Origin: Malacoraja senta
Taxonomy: Eukaryota
Direction: 5' to 3'
Assembly: GCA_038087875.1 (NCBI GenBank)
Contig: CM075982.1
Span: 52,142,001-52,206,000, forward strand
Length of the DNA stretch: 64,000 nt
This document shows, in pieces, positions 13,185-26,760 of the stretch. Position numbers and translations under genes: made by a program. Every line of letters starts with the position of its first letter. The stretch's first letter is position 1. Under the pieces are notes generated by a model, which had not been told where the DNA came from, did not search any database, and saw nothing but the letters and a program-made list of their open reading frames with translations.

Positions 13185-14025
13185 TTAGGGATAATCAGCA
13201 TTTGTTTTGTACGTGGGAGATCGTGTCTCACAAATCTGATTCAGTGTTTTGAAGAGGTAACCAAAAAAGTTGATGAGGGCAGAGCTGTAGATGTTGTTGC
13301 TGGATTTCAGTAAGGCATTTGGCAAGGTTCTGCATGGCACACTGGTCTGGAAGGTTAGACCCCATGGAATCCAGGGAGGGCTAGTTGACTGATATAAAAT
13401 CGGTTTCATGGAAGGAAGCAGAGGGTGATGGTGGAAGGCTGTTTTTCATACTGGAGGCCTGTGAACAGTGGTGTGTGTCATCTATTTCAATGATTCGGAT
13501 GAGAACATAAAAGGCGTGATCAGTAAGTTTGCAGTTGACACTAAAGTGGGCAGTATTGTAGATAGCAAAGATGGTTACCGAAATTTGTTGCAGGCTCTTG
13601 ATCCATTGGGCAGGTGGGCTGAGGAATGATGGAGATTATTACAGAGAAGTGCAAGGTATTGAGTTTTGAGAAGTCTAACATGGACTGGACCTAGGCAGTG
13701 AATGGCAGGGCTCTGGCGAGTGTGGAGGAGCAGAGGGATCTAGGTGTGCAGGTACATAGTTTCTTGAAAGTGGTGTCACAGGTAGATAGGTTGGTCCAGA
13801 AGGCTTTCGGCACATTGGCCTTCATCAGTCAGAGTATTTAGTATAGCGAGGCCACATTTGGAGTATTGTGTTCAGTTTTGGTCACCCTGTTAGAGGAAAA
13901 ATGTTAAGCTGGAAAGGGTGCAACGAAGATTTATAAGGATGTTGCCAGGACTCGAGGACCTGAACTATAGTGAGAGGTTGAGCAAGTTAGGACTTTATTC
14001 CTTGGAGCCCAGGAGGATGAGGAGA
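13185..14025 (+). mobile_element. Degenerate CR1 RT fragment
   Basis: ggatttcagtaaggcatttggcaagg (DFSKAF), agtaagtttgcagttgacac (SKFA.D), QRRFIRMLPGLEDLNYSERL. Confidence 0.85.
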
Positions 14026-15927
14026 TTTTGCAGTGGAGCCGTGAAATGTAGAAACAAGAAACTGCAGATGCTAGTTTCCAAAAGAAGATACAAAGTGCTT
14101 GTCAAAAATTGCTCTCATACTTTTAGCAAAGCAAATTGTCCCTTTCTTTGTCGAACTGGTTTAGGCCGTTCAAACCACTGTAACCACATATTGCTTGATT
14201 AAAATGTTGCAGATCAAGAGGACCCTCACCAGTCATAAATAAGCAAGATATAATTTCCAAAGTTACCACAGAGGTGTTGAGCTTTCTGATATGATCAACA
14301 CTTCTGCAGTGGGTAATTCTGGAAGTACACACATAATTCTCATGCAGTATTTAAAATATATAAAATATTTGTGTCGAAGTCTATGGAACAGATGATCTTA
14401 TTGTTTTGGCATAAAGGATCAATGATAAATATTGGAATCAAATGGAGAAAAGATTACAAACACAAAATAGTAATGCAGGAGTTAATACCTAGATTTTGTT
14501 TATTATTGATCTTCTTTTATTTTTGATTTAAATGAGAATATTATACATTGAATAAGCTTTAACTATATTTCTGTTCACAGCAGCTGCAAAATAATACTCA
14601 GGAATGTCTGGGGACAATACTGATGGAGAAGTAATGGGATTGCCAGAGTCCATAAAAAACAAGTAATTCTTCAGATTGCCAATTTGGATCTGATCATTCT
14701 CGGAGTTGGATCTGAATTGGCCTGCCTGTAAATGAGACAATATTTATTGAGAAAGCAGTATTGTCCACAGTTCAGAAGCTCACAGGGTTTAGTGGTGGGA
14801 AAGGAATCAATGTTACATATCACAATTTTGCTTCTCTGCACTCACCTCCAGTGCCAAATATATCATTTGGTTCAAGCATCTCCAGATCAGGATCCATTAA
14901 AATCAACTGAAAGCCAATGGCTTCTGAAATAGAATTCTTGAATTTATCCATATTTTCTTTAGCCTAATTTTGAGATGATCACTCATCATACTCATGTTAT
15001 TACTAGCTTCCTCAAATGCTCCCTATTACTAGCAACTTCATAAGTATAGAAGTTTTCTTTTTCTACTTGGGGGTTAAAAAATTACTGGGTTTTCACTGTA
15101 AGTTTGAATAAACTAGGTTGCAGTCTTTTACATCATTCAAAGTGAGTTAATTATGGATTTGCCATGACCTTGAATAGAGTGTCAGAAAAGGAACAATTTA
15201 AATGATGGAGTTTTATTGTGGTGGCATATCGATCACTTAGTATTTTGAATGTAATATTTTCAATTTATTTTTATGTTTACCATAATGAACCATTTGCTCT
15301 TTCTAATTCATTATTTCTTTCTGCTTCAATCTTGACAATAACTCGCCTGTTTCTGCTCAGTTTCTGTCTTTTTATCTGAAGGAGATAGTCCTGTGTACCT
15401 GATGTTCAGGAGGTCCCTTGCAAGAACTATCTCCAGGCTAAAACATACCATGCTTACATCTGGTGTCATTGTTTCATTGTGTCACTGCAAGGCTTGCTTT
15501 CTTGTGCGGTATCACAGTTTCGGTAGTAACTAAATTGGCTGGATTAGTACAAACATTACCCAATGTCGTGAATTGCTTTGAAGTAAATGAGTGTTGAATT
15601 CACACCTCTGCTCGGGAATATAACAGTTGGAATTGTTAGTAATAGAAAAGTCTGTTTGTGTCGTAACCTACTGAAGGCAGTCTCAGAGAACAAAGCTGCC
15701 TTTTACAGGGGAAAAATAAACAAAGCTGAGAGTTACATTTGTTCCAACTTCTTTTTTGGATTATTTTGTGAGATGGTCATGCAAGGTTTTATAAGATAGT
15801 GGAAAATGGTTGAATAAAGTTGAAAAGGAGTTTGAAAACCAGAATAGTGAATGGATAAGGAGTACTGGAAAATTGCTCCTCCCCCCAGATTGATTACAGC
15901 ACAAATGGAAGAGGAGATCTTACAGTT

Positions 15928-16045
15928 AGTCTGAAGAAGGGTCTCGAACCGAAACGTCACCCATTCCTTCTCTCCAGAGATGAGTTACTCCAGCATTCTG
16001 TGTCTATCTTTGGTTTAAACCAGCATCTGCAGTTCCTTCTTACAC
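15928..16045 (+). mobile_element. Solo Penelope pLTR fragment beginning at hammerhead-like motif
   Basis: gtCTGAAGAagggtctcgaaccGAAAcgtcac followed by the pLTR tail gagttactccagc..cagcatctgcagttcc. Confidence 0.8.
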
Positions 16046-16654
16046 AGCTGACTGTTGACACCAGACAGTAAATGAATGTCGGCTGCAAAAGAGGTTTTGA
16101 TTCAACTAAAGGTTCAGCTGGTAACAAATAAATTGGGATTATTGCCTTTATATAAAAGCTATCAAAGTTAATGATTTATCCTGGATATTTATTGGAGCAT
16201 TTAGAAACAGGAATATAGTAGCCCCAAATTTTTTTATAATGAACCAGTCAGCTCATCTGCCCACTAAGTCCACAGTTAGCTTTAGTGATGTGATGAGCAA
16301 CAACCTTTGAAACAAAGCTTGTTCCTAACACTCTACACAGTACAGATGTAAATGGCAACGAACACAGTAATGATGAGAAATCTATGATAGCAGCTTGGCC
16401 ACACCTACAAAGTGTCAAACTTGTGAATATCTCTATTATTCAGACATCTTCAAAACATTCCATAGCTATTAGAAAAATTACAAAGTTGAACCATTGGACA
16501 CAAAAAAAAATTAAATTAATATAAAAAGTGGAAACATAAACATTAGTAAGTACACAAGACAATTACATTTTTTGAATAAACACAATTAATTCAAACCCAT
16601 CTGATATTTGTAATTCTTCTATCACAAGTTCAGGAGAGAGATCCCCAGTATATC

Positions 16655-17345
16655 CCCAAGCATTCGACAAAGGTTTCACATGGCAGGCTGCTCTGGAAGG
16701 TTAGATTGCATGGGATCCAAGGAGGGATAAGAAATTATAGAATATTGGCTTAATGGAAGAAAGCAGAGAGCGATGGATGGTAGATTGCTTCGTGGACTGG
16801 AGGCCTGTGACTAGTTGTATGCCTCAGTGTTCGGTGCTGAACCCATTACTGTTTGTCATCTTTATCAATGATTTGGATGAGAATGTACATGGCAAGATTA
16901 GCAAATTTGCAGATGACTCAAAAGTGAGTGGTATTGCAATTATTGGAGATGGTGATGAAAAGCTGCAGCAGTATCTTGATTGGTTGGTCAGGTGGGCTGC
17001 GGAATGGTTGATGGAATTTAATACAGAGAAATGTGAGGTGCTGTGGTTTGGTAAGTCTAGTATGGGAATGGTAGGGCTCTGGGAAGTGTTGTAGAACAGA
17101 AGGGTCTAGGAGTGCAGGTACATAGTTCCTTGAAGGTGGAGTCACAGGTAGATGGGGTGGTCAAAAAGGCTTTTGGCACATTGGCCTTCATCAGTCAGAG
17201 TATGGAGCCTGAAGAAGGGTTTCGGCCCGAAACGTTGCCTATTTCCTTCCTCCATAGATGCTGCTGCACCCGCTGAGTTTCTCCAGCATTTTTGTGTACC
17301 TATTGAGTAAAGAAGTTGGGAGCTCATGTTGCAGTTATATATTCT
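16655..17345 (+). mobile_element. Degenerate CR1 RT fragment with nested PLE piece
   Basis: WRPVTSCMPQCSVLNPLLFVIFINDLDE..ISKFADDSK. Confidence 0.85.
17208..17300 (+). mobile_element. Short Penelope pLTR/hammerhead insert with ~7-bp TSD
   Basis: Near-identical to 47114-47206; flanked by tatggag / tattgag. Confidence 0.8.
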
Positions 17346-17348
17346 CTG

Positions 17349-17351
<3 letters not shown>

Positions 17352-17391
<40 letters not shown>

Positions 17392-17420
17392 ACTCTACTG
17401 GCACTCTCTCTCTCTCTCTC
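17352..17420. repeat. (TC)n microsatellite
   Basis: Direct observation. Confidence 0.9.
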
Positions 17421-19643
17421 ATCTGTCCTATTTAATTTACCTTTACCATCAACTTTGATTTACAAATCTTCACGACCCTTTCACAGCCAGCATCACCACT
17501 AATTACATCATTTATTCTGTCTTGGTTTCCACAGACATTGCGTTTATTCCTACCATTCTCCCCCTTCTCTGCAAATAAAGCATGTCTATTTTCTTAATCT
17601 TTCACAGCTCTAATGAAAGGTATTTGAACTGAAATAATAATTCTGTTTCTTTCTTCGTGGATGATGCAAGAACTGTTGAATATTGCCAGCACTTACTGTT
17701 TTCATTTCAGATTTCCGACATTTGCAGATTTTTGCTTTTTGGTATTCTGTTCATTTTTTTCACCTGATCCCTCAAGTGCCCAACCAACCCTCTTTTGAAA
17801 ACTCTAAATAAAAAATGACAGGATCTTATATTTCCTAACATATTGTTATTGGAATTATTATAATTTTCTTTCTTATAACCATATGGCCATTGGGAAGGGT
17901 AATTTTAATTCTTTTCAGAAGAAAACTATCTCAAGGCAGAATTATTCTGACAGTGATTGTTACAAATTATTCAATGGGTATGCAATTTTCATACTGCAAT
18001 GTTCACAAAGAAGCACAGTATTTGATTTACTCTAGAAATAACTTGCCCTCATTTTCCTCTCCCACTTACTGTCAGATTTTCTATCTCACATGCTCATTCA
18101 GCCTTATGACTGGCACTACTTTAATTTTACAGACAAAACCCCTCAGGTGGTTCATCCCAGGTGGCTGTTCCATCTATAAGGCACATATATGAGTGTCAGT
18201 GAACGTTTTGAACATGGACTGTTTGCAGCCTGATCTTTCTCACCTGTTGCCTTGCTGCAGAGACTGCCGATTTGTGACTGGGAAGTAGGGGCCACTGTTA
18301 TGTTTTCCCTTCACAGTCCAATGATTTGAGGCAATTTCTCTTTCTGCTGTTATCTGCAAGGATACATTCAAATATACGACCTGGTTCAATCCCACAACTG
18401 TGGCTTATTTTAACCAGTGTCCCATTGGAAAGAACGAGTTTTAAACATAATTTCCAGGGTCTGATGATTGTAAAATGGAAAATAACGTTTTTTTTGTGTG
18501 AGTTGGACAAATCTTGTTATAAATGCAACTCCTTGCTAGCATATCGAAGCCTGAGACACTTCAATAACACATTTGACTACATCACTTTTAAAATGTGCAT
18601 GGAATTCTGGTACTATTAATCCATTTTATAAGTTACTTTGATGGTCCAAAGTCAGGAAATCCGAATGAAGTTATACTACTAATGTGAGTTTAGCATTTTA
18701 TGTTTTAAAGATGACTACAATTAAAGATGATTGCAAATTGGCATCATATGCACATTCTGGTATTAACCAATACCATTAGATGCCTGTAAAATACAAGCAA
18801 AACAAAATATAATTAAAAATAAGTCATAATCACTGCGGATTGAAAAAACCTTTACTGCAAACTGTCATACCAATCATTTCCTTAAAAGTGTTAGAATGGC
18901 CCTTTGGATTTTGTTGTACCTTTCAACTACATTATATTTGATTAGGTTAATTCAATTTGATTAAATGCTTTTGTTAGAAATATGGATTGTACCTTTCTCA
19001 AAAGAAAAATTCTATTGCTCAATATGTTTTTGTTGAATCCATCAATACTTGAAAGAAATTCTGTGGCCAGTTTTAAGAGATTTGTATTAATACAGTTAGT
19101 TTGAGCTTTTAAGCTTTCTACAGCATCAACCTTTTAAGTTACATGCCCACATGGGACTTTTCTATTTCTATTTGAAATGAATTGCTGGAATGATGTCACT
19201 TGGCACACAGGGTAAATCAAACAAGTAGAAGTGTATACTGTCCAAACATAGAACCCAATTAAAGACAACCCCACAGTGAATCACTCTCTATTTCCTCGCC
19301 TATGCAAATGCTGTGGTATGTAAGAAGCACCAAAGTTTAACAGAGATTTCTGCTCATTTTCTGCATGTTTTTAATATTGCGAAGAAATGGTCATTGTGCC
19401 CAACACTATGTGCCTATATTCAACTTTGTAAATAATTGTCTTCAATTAAGTAAATATTAAATGAAAAAAAACTTGATCATTATATAAAGTATCTTATTTA
19501 TGTCTAGAAGCACATTGAGTGGATCTATTCACACAGGTATTTACAACCTGTTTCACTTAAAAATAATATGATTTAAAACTAAATATGACTGATAAACTAG
19601 CTGTAGGAACAATGGAAATTCTAAATAAACATTCAAAGAACTT

Positions 19644-19772
19644 TGTGTAGGAAGGAACAACAGATGCTGGTTTAAACTGAAGATAGACACAAAAAGGTGG
19701 AGTAACTCAGCGGGACAGACAGTATCTCTGGAGAGAAGGAATGGGTGATGTCGAGACCCTTCTTCAGACTCA
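19644..19772 (-). mobile_element. Solo Penelope pLTR fragment
   Basis: gtgtaggaaggaac..gatgctggtttaaac..gagtaactcagcgggac..gacccttcttcagact. Confidence 0.8.
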
Positions 19773-20696
19773 TTACTTGGAGGTGATAAGCAAGATCAGA
19801 GAGTTTCACAAATAATCCAATATATGCCAGTAACGGACGTTGGTTGCATCAAACTGCATATTCATCTGCTTGAATAGTGTCCAAAGAGATACATTGTGGG
19901 TGTAAAAATCCTGAGATAATTTCAGTTCATTTTCACTTGGTTGCCTGTGCATGACATTCAAATACCAACTTCACACCTGTTTAAAAAAAAACATGTGCGC
20001 AAATAGTTCTTCCTTGAACAGACAGGTAATTTTTACAACCTTATTTTTACAATTATCTTTTTTAAGATGAAAAAAATACACATTATTTGAGGCATTTAAA
20101 CTGCACACAGAGGAAGTGAAAAGCAATTGTCTATGCAGTAAAACTGCGAAAGACTCTTATCGAATGAAAATGTAATAAAATGCACAATTTTGATAACAGA
20201 AACAAAAATACTACAAAAATGCTATTGCTTCAATCAAAAAACATCAAATTATTTCTTACAGATTAACTAGAAATGTCTTCCTCTTTTCATTATTTGTCAG
20301 ATGACATTATTTTGCGCATCTATTATTCATCTTGCAGGTCATTGTATTATTCTGGTGGAGGATAGAACCTAGGTTGAGTTTAAAGCTGCTTGAATGATTA
20401 TTTCATTAATGATCAATTCAGTCTTTGACCAAAGTTTCCACTGTTTCTGTGAATGGCCCAAAGGAAATAGCCCATTTTGCTACTCCAGTTCATTGCTGGA
20501 TTTGAAGCTTGTCCTGAAGCAACACCATACATCTCAGTGTCTGATTTAAGAGTGACCCACGGTGATTCCCTGGAGGTTCTTTCAATTTGACTGGATTTGC
20601 AAGACATTAATATTATTTCCTGAGGGGCTATTGTGTCCATAATTCCAGGGACAAAGCAGTATCTTGTCAGTGAGTGGTATCTTACCATTGGGCATT

Positions 20697-21005
20697 GTGG
20701 GTGGCACGGTGGGGCAGAGGTAGAGTTGCCGCCGCACAATGCCAGAGACCCGGGTTAAACCCTGACTATGGATGGTGTCTGTACAGTGTTGATATGTTCT
20801 TCCTGTGACCATGTGGGTTTTCTCCGGGTGCTCTGGTTTTCTCCACCATTCCAAAGACGTGTAGGTTTGGAGGTTAATTGGCTTCTGGAAATTGTCCCTA
20901 GGGTCTAGGATCGATCTAGCGTATGGGTGATTGTTGGTTGACATGGACTCGGTGGGCCAAAAGGCCTGTTTCCACACTGTATCCCTAAAACTCTAAAACT
21001 CTAAG
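20697..21005 (+). mobile_element. V-SINE (HE1-like)
   Basis: gcacggtggggcagaggtagag A box, gacccgggttaaaccc B box, core gttctt.cctgtgaccatgtgggttttctccgggtgctc, CR1-type tail. Confidence 0.85.
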
Positions 21006-21730
21006 CAGAATAGTTCAGATTTCATGACCAATTTTCAGGTATAGTGCTGCATCATTCTGACTCCAACAGCAAATGTTTTCCTTGCATCACTTCTGAATTT
21101 TTGTCTGTGAAATCCCCTGGTTAAGTGTACCTCGAAGCATGTTATATGCAATTTTTGAATTGAGACTCCTCTGGAATTTACACCAGGTGCTTCTTCTCAT
21201 CTAGTCGAGTTAGCTATTGCATGCCGATCCATTTTGTACTTGTGAGAGGATGTTGTTTAAAGAGAGCTGCTGACTGCTTTGTCACATATTTGGCAGCTTG
21301 ACTGAATAATTGAACAAAAAATATTATTTTTTCCTACAATGAAGAATTGTGTAGGAAAAAATTGCATGACATCAGCGACCAACACATCACATAAGGCTCT
21401 TTTTATGTACCTGCACTTTTCCTGTAACTCCTCTAACTATGTTCAATACATGTGACTCGACAAATGCATCGGGGCTTCCTCCTGCACCCATGCAGCACTC
21501 ATGATTTAATTAACTTCATCACTAACTTCCACCCTGCCCTTAAATTCATGTGGACTATTTCTGAAACCTCTCTCTCCTTTCTTGATCTCTCCATCACAGG
21601 GGACAACTGACATCTTTTGAAAACCGACCAACTCCCATAGTTACCTGGACTGCATATCCTCCCACTCTGCCTCTTGCAAAGACGCTAGTCCCTACTCTCA
21701 ATTCCTCCATCTCTACCGCATCTGCATCCA

Positions 21731-24470
21731 ACATATTCAATATTCAGGAGGGATAGAGAGAAAGGAAAAGGAGGTGGGGTAGCGTTGCTGGTTAGAGAGG
21801 AGATTAACGCAGTGGAAAGGAAGGACATTAGCTTGGAGGATGTGGAATCGGTATGGGTAGAGCTGCGAAACACTAAGGGGCAGAAAACGCTGGTGGGTGT
21901 TGTGTACAGGCCACCTAGCAGTAGTAGTCAAGTTGGGGATGGCATCAAACAGGAAATTAGAAATGCGTGCAACAAAGGCAAAACAGTTATAATGGGTGAC
22001 TTCAATCTACATATAGATTGGGTGAATCAAATTGGCAGGGGTGCTGAGGAAGAGGATTTCTTGGAATGTATGCGGGATAGTTATCTAAACCAACATGTAG
22101 AGGAACCAACGAGAGAGCAGGCTATTCTAGACTGGGTATTGAGTAATGAGGAAGGGTTAGTTAGCAGTCTTGTTGTGCGTGCCCCCTTGGGCAAAAGTGA
22201 CACTAATATGGTTGAGTTCTTCATTAGGATGGAGAGTGACATTGTTAATTCTGAAACAACGGTTCTGAACTTAAAGAAAGGTAACTTTGAGGGTATGAGA
22301 CGTGAATTTGCCAAGATTAACTGGCAATTAGTTCTAAAAGGGTTGACGGTGGATATGCAATGGAAGGCGTTTAAAGACTGCATGGATGAACTACAAAAAT
22401 TGTTCATCCCAGTTTGGCAAAAGAATAAATCAGGGAAGGTAGTGCATCCGTGGATAACAAGGGAAATCAGGGATAGTATCAAAGCAAAAGATGATGCGTA
22501 CAAATTAGCCAGAAAAAGCAGCATACCAGAGGACTGGGAGAAATTCAGAGACCAGCAGAGGAGGACAAAGGGCTTAATTAGGAAAGTGAAAATAGATTAT
22601 GAAAGGAAACTGGCAGGGAACATAAAAACTGACTGCAAAAGTTTTTATAGATATGTGAAGAGAAAGAGATTAGTTAAAATTAGACCAATTGAATTAGACC
22701 AATTAGTTAAAAAGAGATTAGACCAATTGAAAATACTACTTTGGTTCCGTCTTCACTAAGGAAGACATAAATAATCTACCGGAAATAGCAGGGGGCCGCG
22801 GGTCAAAGGAGATGGAGGAACTGAGTGAAATCCAGGTTAGTCGGGAAGTGGTGTTGGGTAAATTGAATGGATTAAAGGCCGATAAATCACCAGGGCCAGA
22901 TAGGCTGCATCCCAGAGTACTTAAGGAAGTAGCTCCAGAAATAGTGGATGCATTAGTGATAATTTTTCAAAACTCTTTAGATTCTGGAGTAGTTCCTGAG
23001 GATTGGAGGGTAGCAAACGTAACCCCACTTTTTAAGAAGGGAGGGAGAGAGAAAACGGGGAATTACAGACCAGTTAGTCTAACATCGGTAGTGGGGAAAC
23101 TGCTAGAGTCACTTATTAAAGATGGGATAGCAGCACATTTGGAAAGTGGTGAAATCATTGGACAAAGTCAGCATGGATTTACGAAAGGTAAATCATGTCT
23201 GACGAATCTTATAGAATTTTTCGAGGATGTAACTAGTAGAGTGGATAGGGGAGAACCAGTGGATGTGTTGTATCTGGACTTTCAGAAGGCTTTCGACAAG
23301 GTACCACATAAGAGATTAGTATACAAACTTAAAGCACACGGTATTGGGGGTTCAGTATTGATGTGGATAGAGAACTGGCTGGCAAACAGGAAGCAAAGAG
23401 TAGGAGTAAACGGGTCCTTTTCACAATGGCAGGCAGTGACTAGTGGGGTACCGCAAGGCTCAGTGCTGGGACCCCAGCTATTTACAATTTATATTAATGA
23501 GTTGGATGAGGGAATTGAAGGCAACATCTCCAAGTTTGCGGATGACACTAAGCTGGGGGGCAGTGTTAGCTGTGAGGAGGATGCTAGGAGACTGCAAGGT
23601 GACTTGGATAGGCTGGGTGAGTGGGCAAATGTTTGGCAGATGCAGTATAATGTGGATAAATGTGAGGTTATCCACTTTGGTGGCAAAAAGAGGAAAGCAG
23701 ACTATTATCTAAATGGTGGCCGATTAAGAAATGGGGAGATACAGCGAGACCTGGGTGTCATGGTACACCAGTCATTGAAAGTAGGCATGCAGGTGCAGCA
23801 GGCAGTGAAGAAAGCGAATGGTATGTTAGCTTTCATAGCAAAAGGATTTGAGTATAGGAGCAGGGAGGTTCTACTGCAGTTGTACAGGGTCTTGGTGAGA
23901 CCACACCTGGAGTATTGCGTACAGTTTTGGTCTCCAAATCTGAGGAAGGACATTATAGCCATAGAGGGAGTGCAGAGAAGGTTCACCAGACTGATTCCTG
24001 GGATGTCAGGACTTTCATATGAAGAAAGACTGGATAGACTTGGCTTATACTCGCTAGAATTTAGGAGATTGAGAGGGGATCTTATAGAAACGTACAAAAT
24101 TCTTATGGGGTTGGACAGGCTAGATGCAGGAAGATTGTTCCCGATGTTGGGGAAGTCCAGGACAAGGGGTCACAGCTTAAGGATAAGGGGGAAATCCTTT
24201 AAGACCGAGATGAGGAAAAACTTTTTCACACAGAGAGTGGTGAATCTCTGGAACTCTCTGCCACAGAGGGTAGTTGAGGCCAGTTCATTGGCTATATTTA
24301 AGAGGGAGTTAGATGTGGCCCTTGTGGCTAAGGGGATCAGGGGGTATGGAGAGAAGGCAGGTACGGGATACTGAGTTGGATGATCAGCCATGATCATATT
24401 GAATGGCGGTGCAGGCTCGAAGGGCCGAATGGCCTACTCCTGCACCTATTTTCTATGTATCTATGTATCT
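21731..24470 (+). mobile_element. Young 5'-truncated CR1 LINE: most of ORF2 (APE endonuclease part + RT) and 3' UTR
   Basis: ORFs 21785-22759 (VVYRPP, IMGDFN, ILDWVLSN, SD) and 22812-24374 (NYRPVSL, YLDFQKAFDKV, GVPQGSVLGP, KFADD); one local lesion at ~22670-22740; tail ttctatgtatctatgtatct. Confidence 0.95.
22812..24374 (+). CDS. CR1 ORF2 reverse transcriptase portion, uninterrupted 520 aa
   Basis: All non-LTR RT motifs present in one frame. Confidence 0.9.
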   Translation: MEELSEIQVSREVVLGKLNGLKADKSPGPDRLHPRVLKEVAPEIVDALVIIFQNSLDSGVVPEDWRVANVTPLFKKGGREKTGNYRPVSLTSVVGKLLESLIKDGIAAHLESGEIIGQSQHGFTKGKSCLTNLIEFFEDVTSRVDRGEPVDVLYLDFQKAFDKVPHKRLVYKLKAHGIGGSVLMWIENWLANRKQRVGVNGSFSQWQAVTSGVPQGSVLGPQLFTIYINELDEGIEGNISKFADDTKLGGSVSCEEDARRLQGDLDRLGEWANVWQMQYNVDKCEVIHFGGKKRKADYYLNGGRLRNGEIQRDLGVMVHQSLKVGMQVQQAVKKANGMLAFIAKGFEYRSREVLLQLYRVLVRPHLEYCVQFWSPNLRKDIIAIEGVQRRFTRLIPGMSGLSYEERLDRLGLYSLEFRRLRGDLIETYKILMGLDRLDAGRLFPMLGKSRTRGHSLRIRGKSFKTEMRKNFFTQRVVNLWNSLPQRVVEASSLAIFKRELDVALVAKGIRGYGEKAGTGY

Positions 24471-26544
24471 ATGAGGCTTTCCATTCTAGGACATCCGAGA
24501 TGTCCTCTTTCTTTAGTAAATGTGGTTTTCCCTTGATAGATGGATCCCTCACCACCATCTCCTCTGTGTCCCGTAACTCTGCTCTTGCTCCTCCACCCAC
24601 GAGACTGAACAAGGATATTCTCTTGGTCCTCACCTTTCACCCCACCAGTCTCTGCATCCAAAACATCATACTCCGATGGTTCTGTCACCTTCCACCAAAA
24701 GTCATATCGTCCTATCTCCATCAATTTCTGCCTCATGCAGAGCCCGTTCCCTCTACAACTTCTTGGTTCACTAACCCCTTCCCTCCCAAACCGCCTCCTC
24801 CCCAGGTACTTTCTCCCTCAACAGCAGAAGATATGACACCTGTCCCTATACTTCCTCCTTCGCCTTTATCCAGGGACCCCAGCAATCCTTTTAGATGAGA
24901 CAACGCTTCACGTGCACCTCCTCTGCATCCAGTGTTCCTGAGGAGCCTCTTGTACTTCGGCGAGACCGAGCTTAAACTCGGTGACCATTTCACTGAACAC
25001 TTATACTCGGTCTGCCAAGGCCTGTGGGATCTCCTGGTTGCTTACCATTTCAACTCCCCTTCCCATTGTACACTGACCTTTCTGTCCTGGGCCTCCTACA
25101 TTGCCACAGTGAGGCCACACACAAACTGGAGGAACAGCACTTCATATTCTGGTTTGGTAGCTTGCAATGCAATGATATGAACATTGAATTCTTAAATTTT
25201 AGGTAACCTCTAACTAACCCCCCTCCCCCTACTCAACACCCACCCCTCCTTTATCCTGTCCCCATCTCTCTCCCCTCCCTCTCTCCATATGCCCCTCACC
25301 TGGACTCCCACCTATTACTCCCCTCATCTCTGGCCTTTGTTCCAAACATCTGCCTATCAACCCCCACCCTCACCTATGTTATTCTATTAGCTGCCATGCT
25401 TTGTTCTGCCTCTCCCTTTTTCCAGCTTTATTCTCCCCCTCAACAATCAGTCTGAAGAAGGATCTCAAGCCGAAATATCAACTGTCCATGTTCTCCAGAG
25501 ATGCTGGCTGACCTGCTGAGTTACTTCAGCAACTTGAGTCGTTTTGTGTCTTTGTTTCTACTCAAACTGGAGTGAATATATTTAAAGTGAGAGGGGAAAG
25601 AATTAAAAGGGACCTAAATGGCAACCATTACACACAGATGTTGGTGGGTATATGGAACAAGCTGCAGGAGGGAACCGTCAAAATGGATACAATTACAGCA
25701 TTTAAAAAACATTTAAGCAGTTTCATGGATCAGAGGGATCCATGGAAAGGTTCGGAGGGATATCGTCCAAACGCAGGCAAGTATGACTGCCTCAGCAGAC
25801 AACTTGGTTGTCATGGATGAAATGGGCCAAAGAGCAATGCTGTAAAACACCAAGAATCTATGACTATGGCAGCACATATCATCAGGATACGCTGCCTCTG
25901 TACTTGGTCAACTGGAGCCTGCCTCAAATATGCTTCAGCCTGAGGACCCTGCAACCTTTTGTCTAAGATAACTCCAGTATCTTGTATTGTCAATTAATAA
26001 ATAGTAATTTTCAAGTAAACAATTACTATGGTGAAACTCAAGCAACTTTACCCAGTGTTGCTGAATCAATGTGACACAGAAATGCCATGCCAATGATAGA
26101 ATATAACACAGACAAAGTAAGAAGATAGTTTCTTTCAACTGCCCTGAAGGTAGCAGGTTTACTGTGCTTAATAAAAAACATTGTTTTCTGAGTGAGGTAG
26201 ACTATATCCTTGCATGAGCATCCCATAAATTGAACACAATAAAAATGATTAGTTTAAAGTATCAGAGAATGAACGACATAATGAGAGGGGTATAGCCGAA
26301 TCCATTCACTGTGTTTACTTTCATGTGGAATTTTCTACTGATACAAAAGCTGATATCATCAATGATCAAATGATCATACAATGAGTACAGTACAGTTACA
26401 TACTGCTGCACAGTTACGTCAATGCCATCAATGGAAACTTACTTAATGGTGTGTATTGTTGACCACTGCCTCATGCAGAGCCCGTTCCCCTTACCGCTTA
26501 CCACTGTATCATTAATCATTTAAATATGCTCAAATCATTGGCAC

Positions 26545-26760
26545 ACAAATTCAGAGACCCACTCGGACTAACTTTAATCGGACATTACCAGACTTTATTT
26601 TGCACTATACATCATTCCCTTTATCCTGTATCTGTACACTGTGGACGTCTCGATTGTAATCACGTATAGTGTTTCCACTGACTCGGTAGCACGCAACAAA
26701 AAGCTTTTCACTGTACCTCGGTGTACGTGGCAATAAACTAAATTAAACTAAACTAAATAT
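26545..26760 (+). mobile_element. LINE 3'-UTR-derived repeat (Rex1/L2-like tail)
   Basis: aaagcttttcactgtacctcggtgtacgtggcaataaactaaa tail; reverse-complement copy at ~52550-52750. Confidence 0.6.

Larger units (their letters stand above)
21440..25550 (+). mobile_element. Old Penelope relic (RT end, GIY-YIG, pLTR) split by CR1 insertion
   Basis: cgcatctgcatccaa (21730) rejoins atgaggctttccattc (24471); LYFGETELKLGDHFTEH GIY-YIG remnant; hammerhead-like motif at ~25450. Confidence 0.8.

Noticed and set aside
14528-14740. Minus-strand ORF after an acceptor-like ctcatttacag
   Set aside because: Translation not recognisable and no clear donor; cannot be supported as an exon
20697-20770. tRNA gene
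   Set aside because: A/B boxes belong to a V-SINE head; no complete cloverleaf
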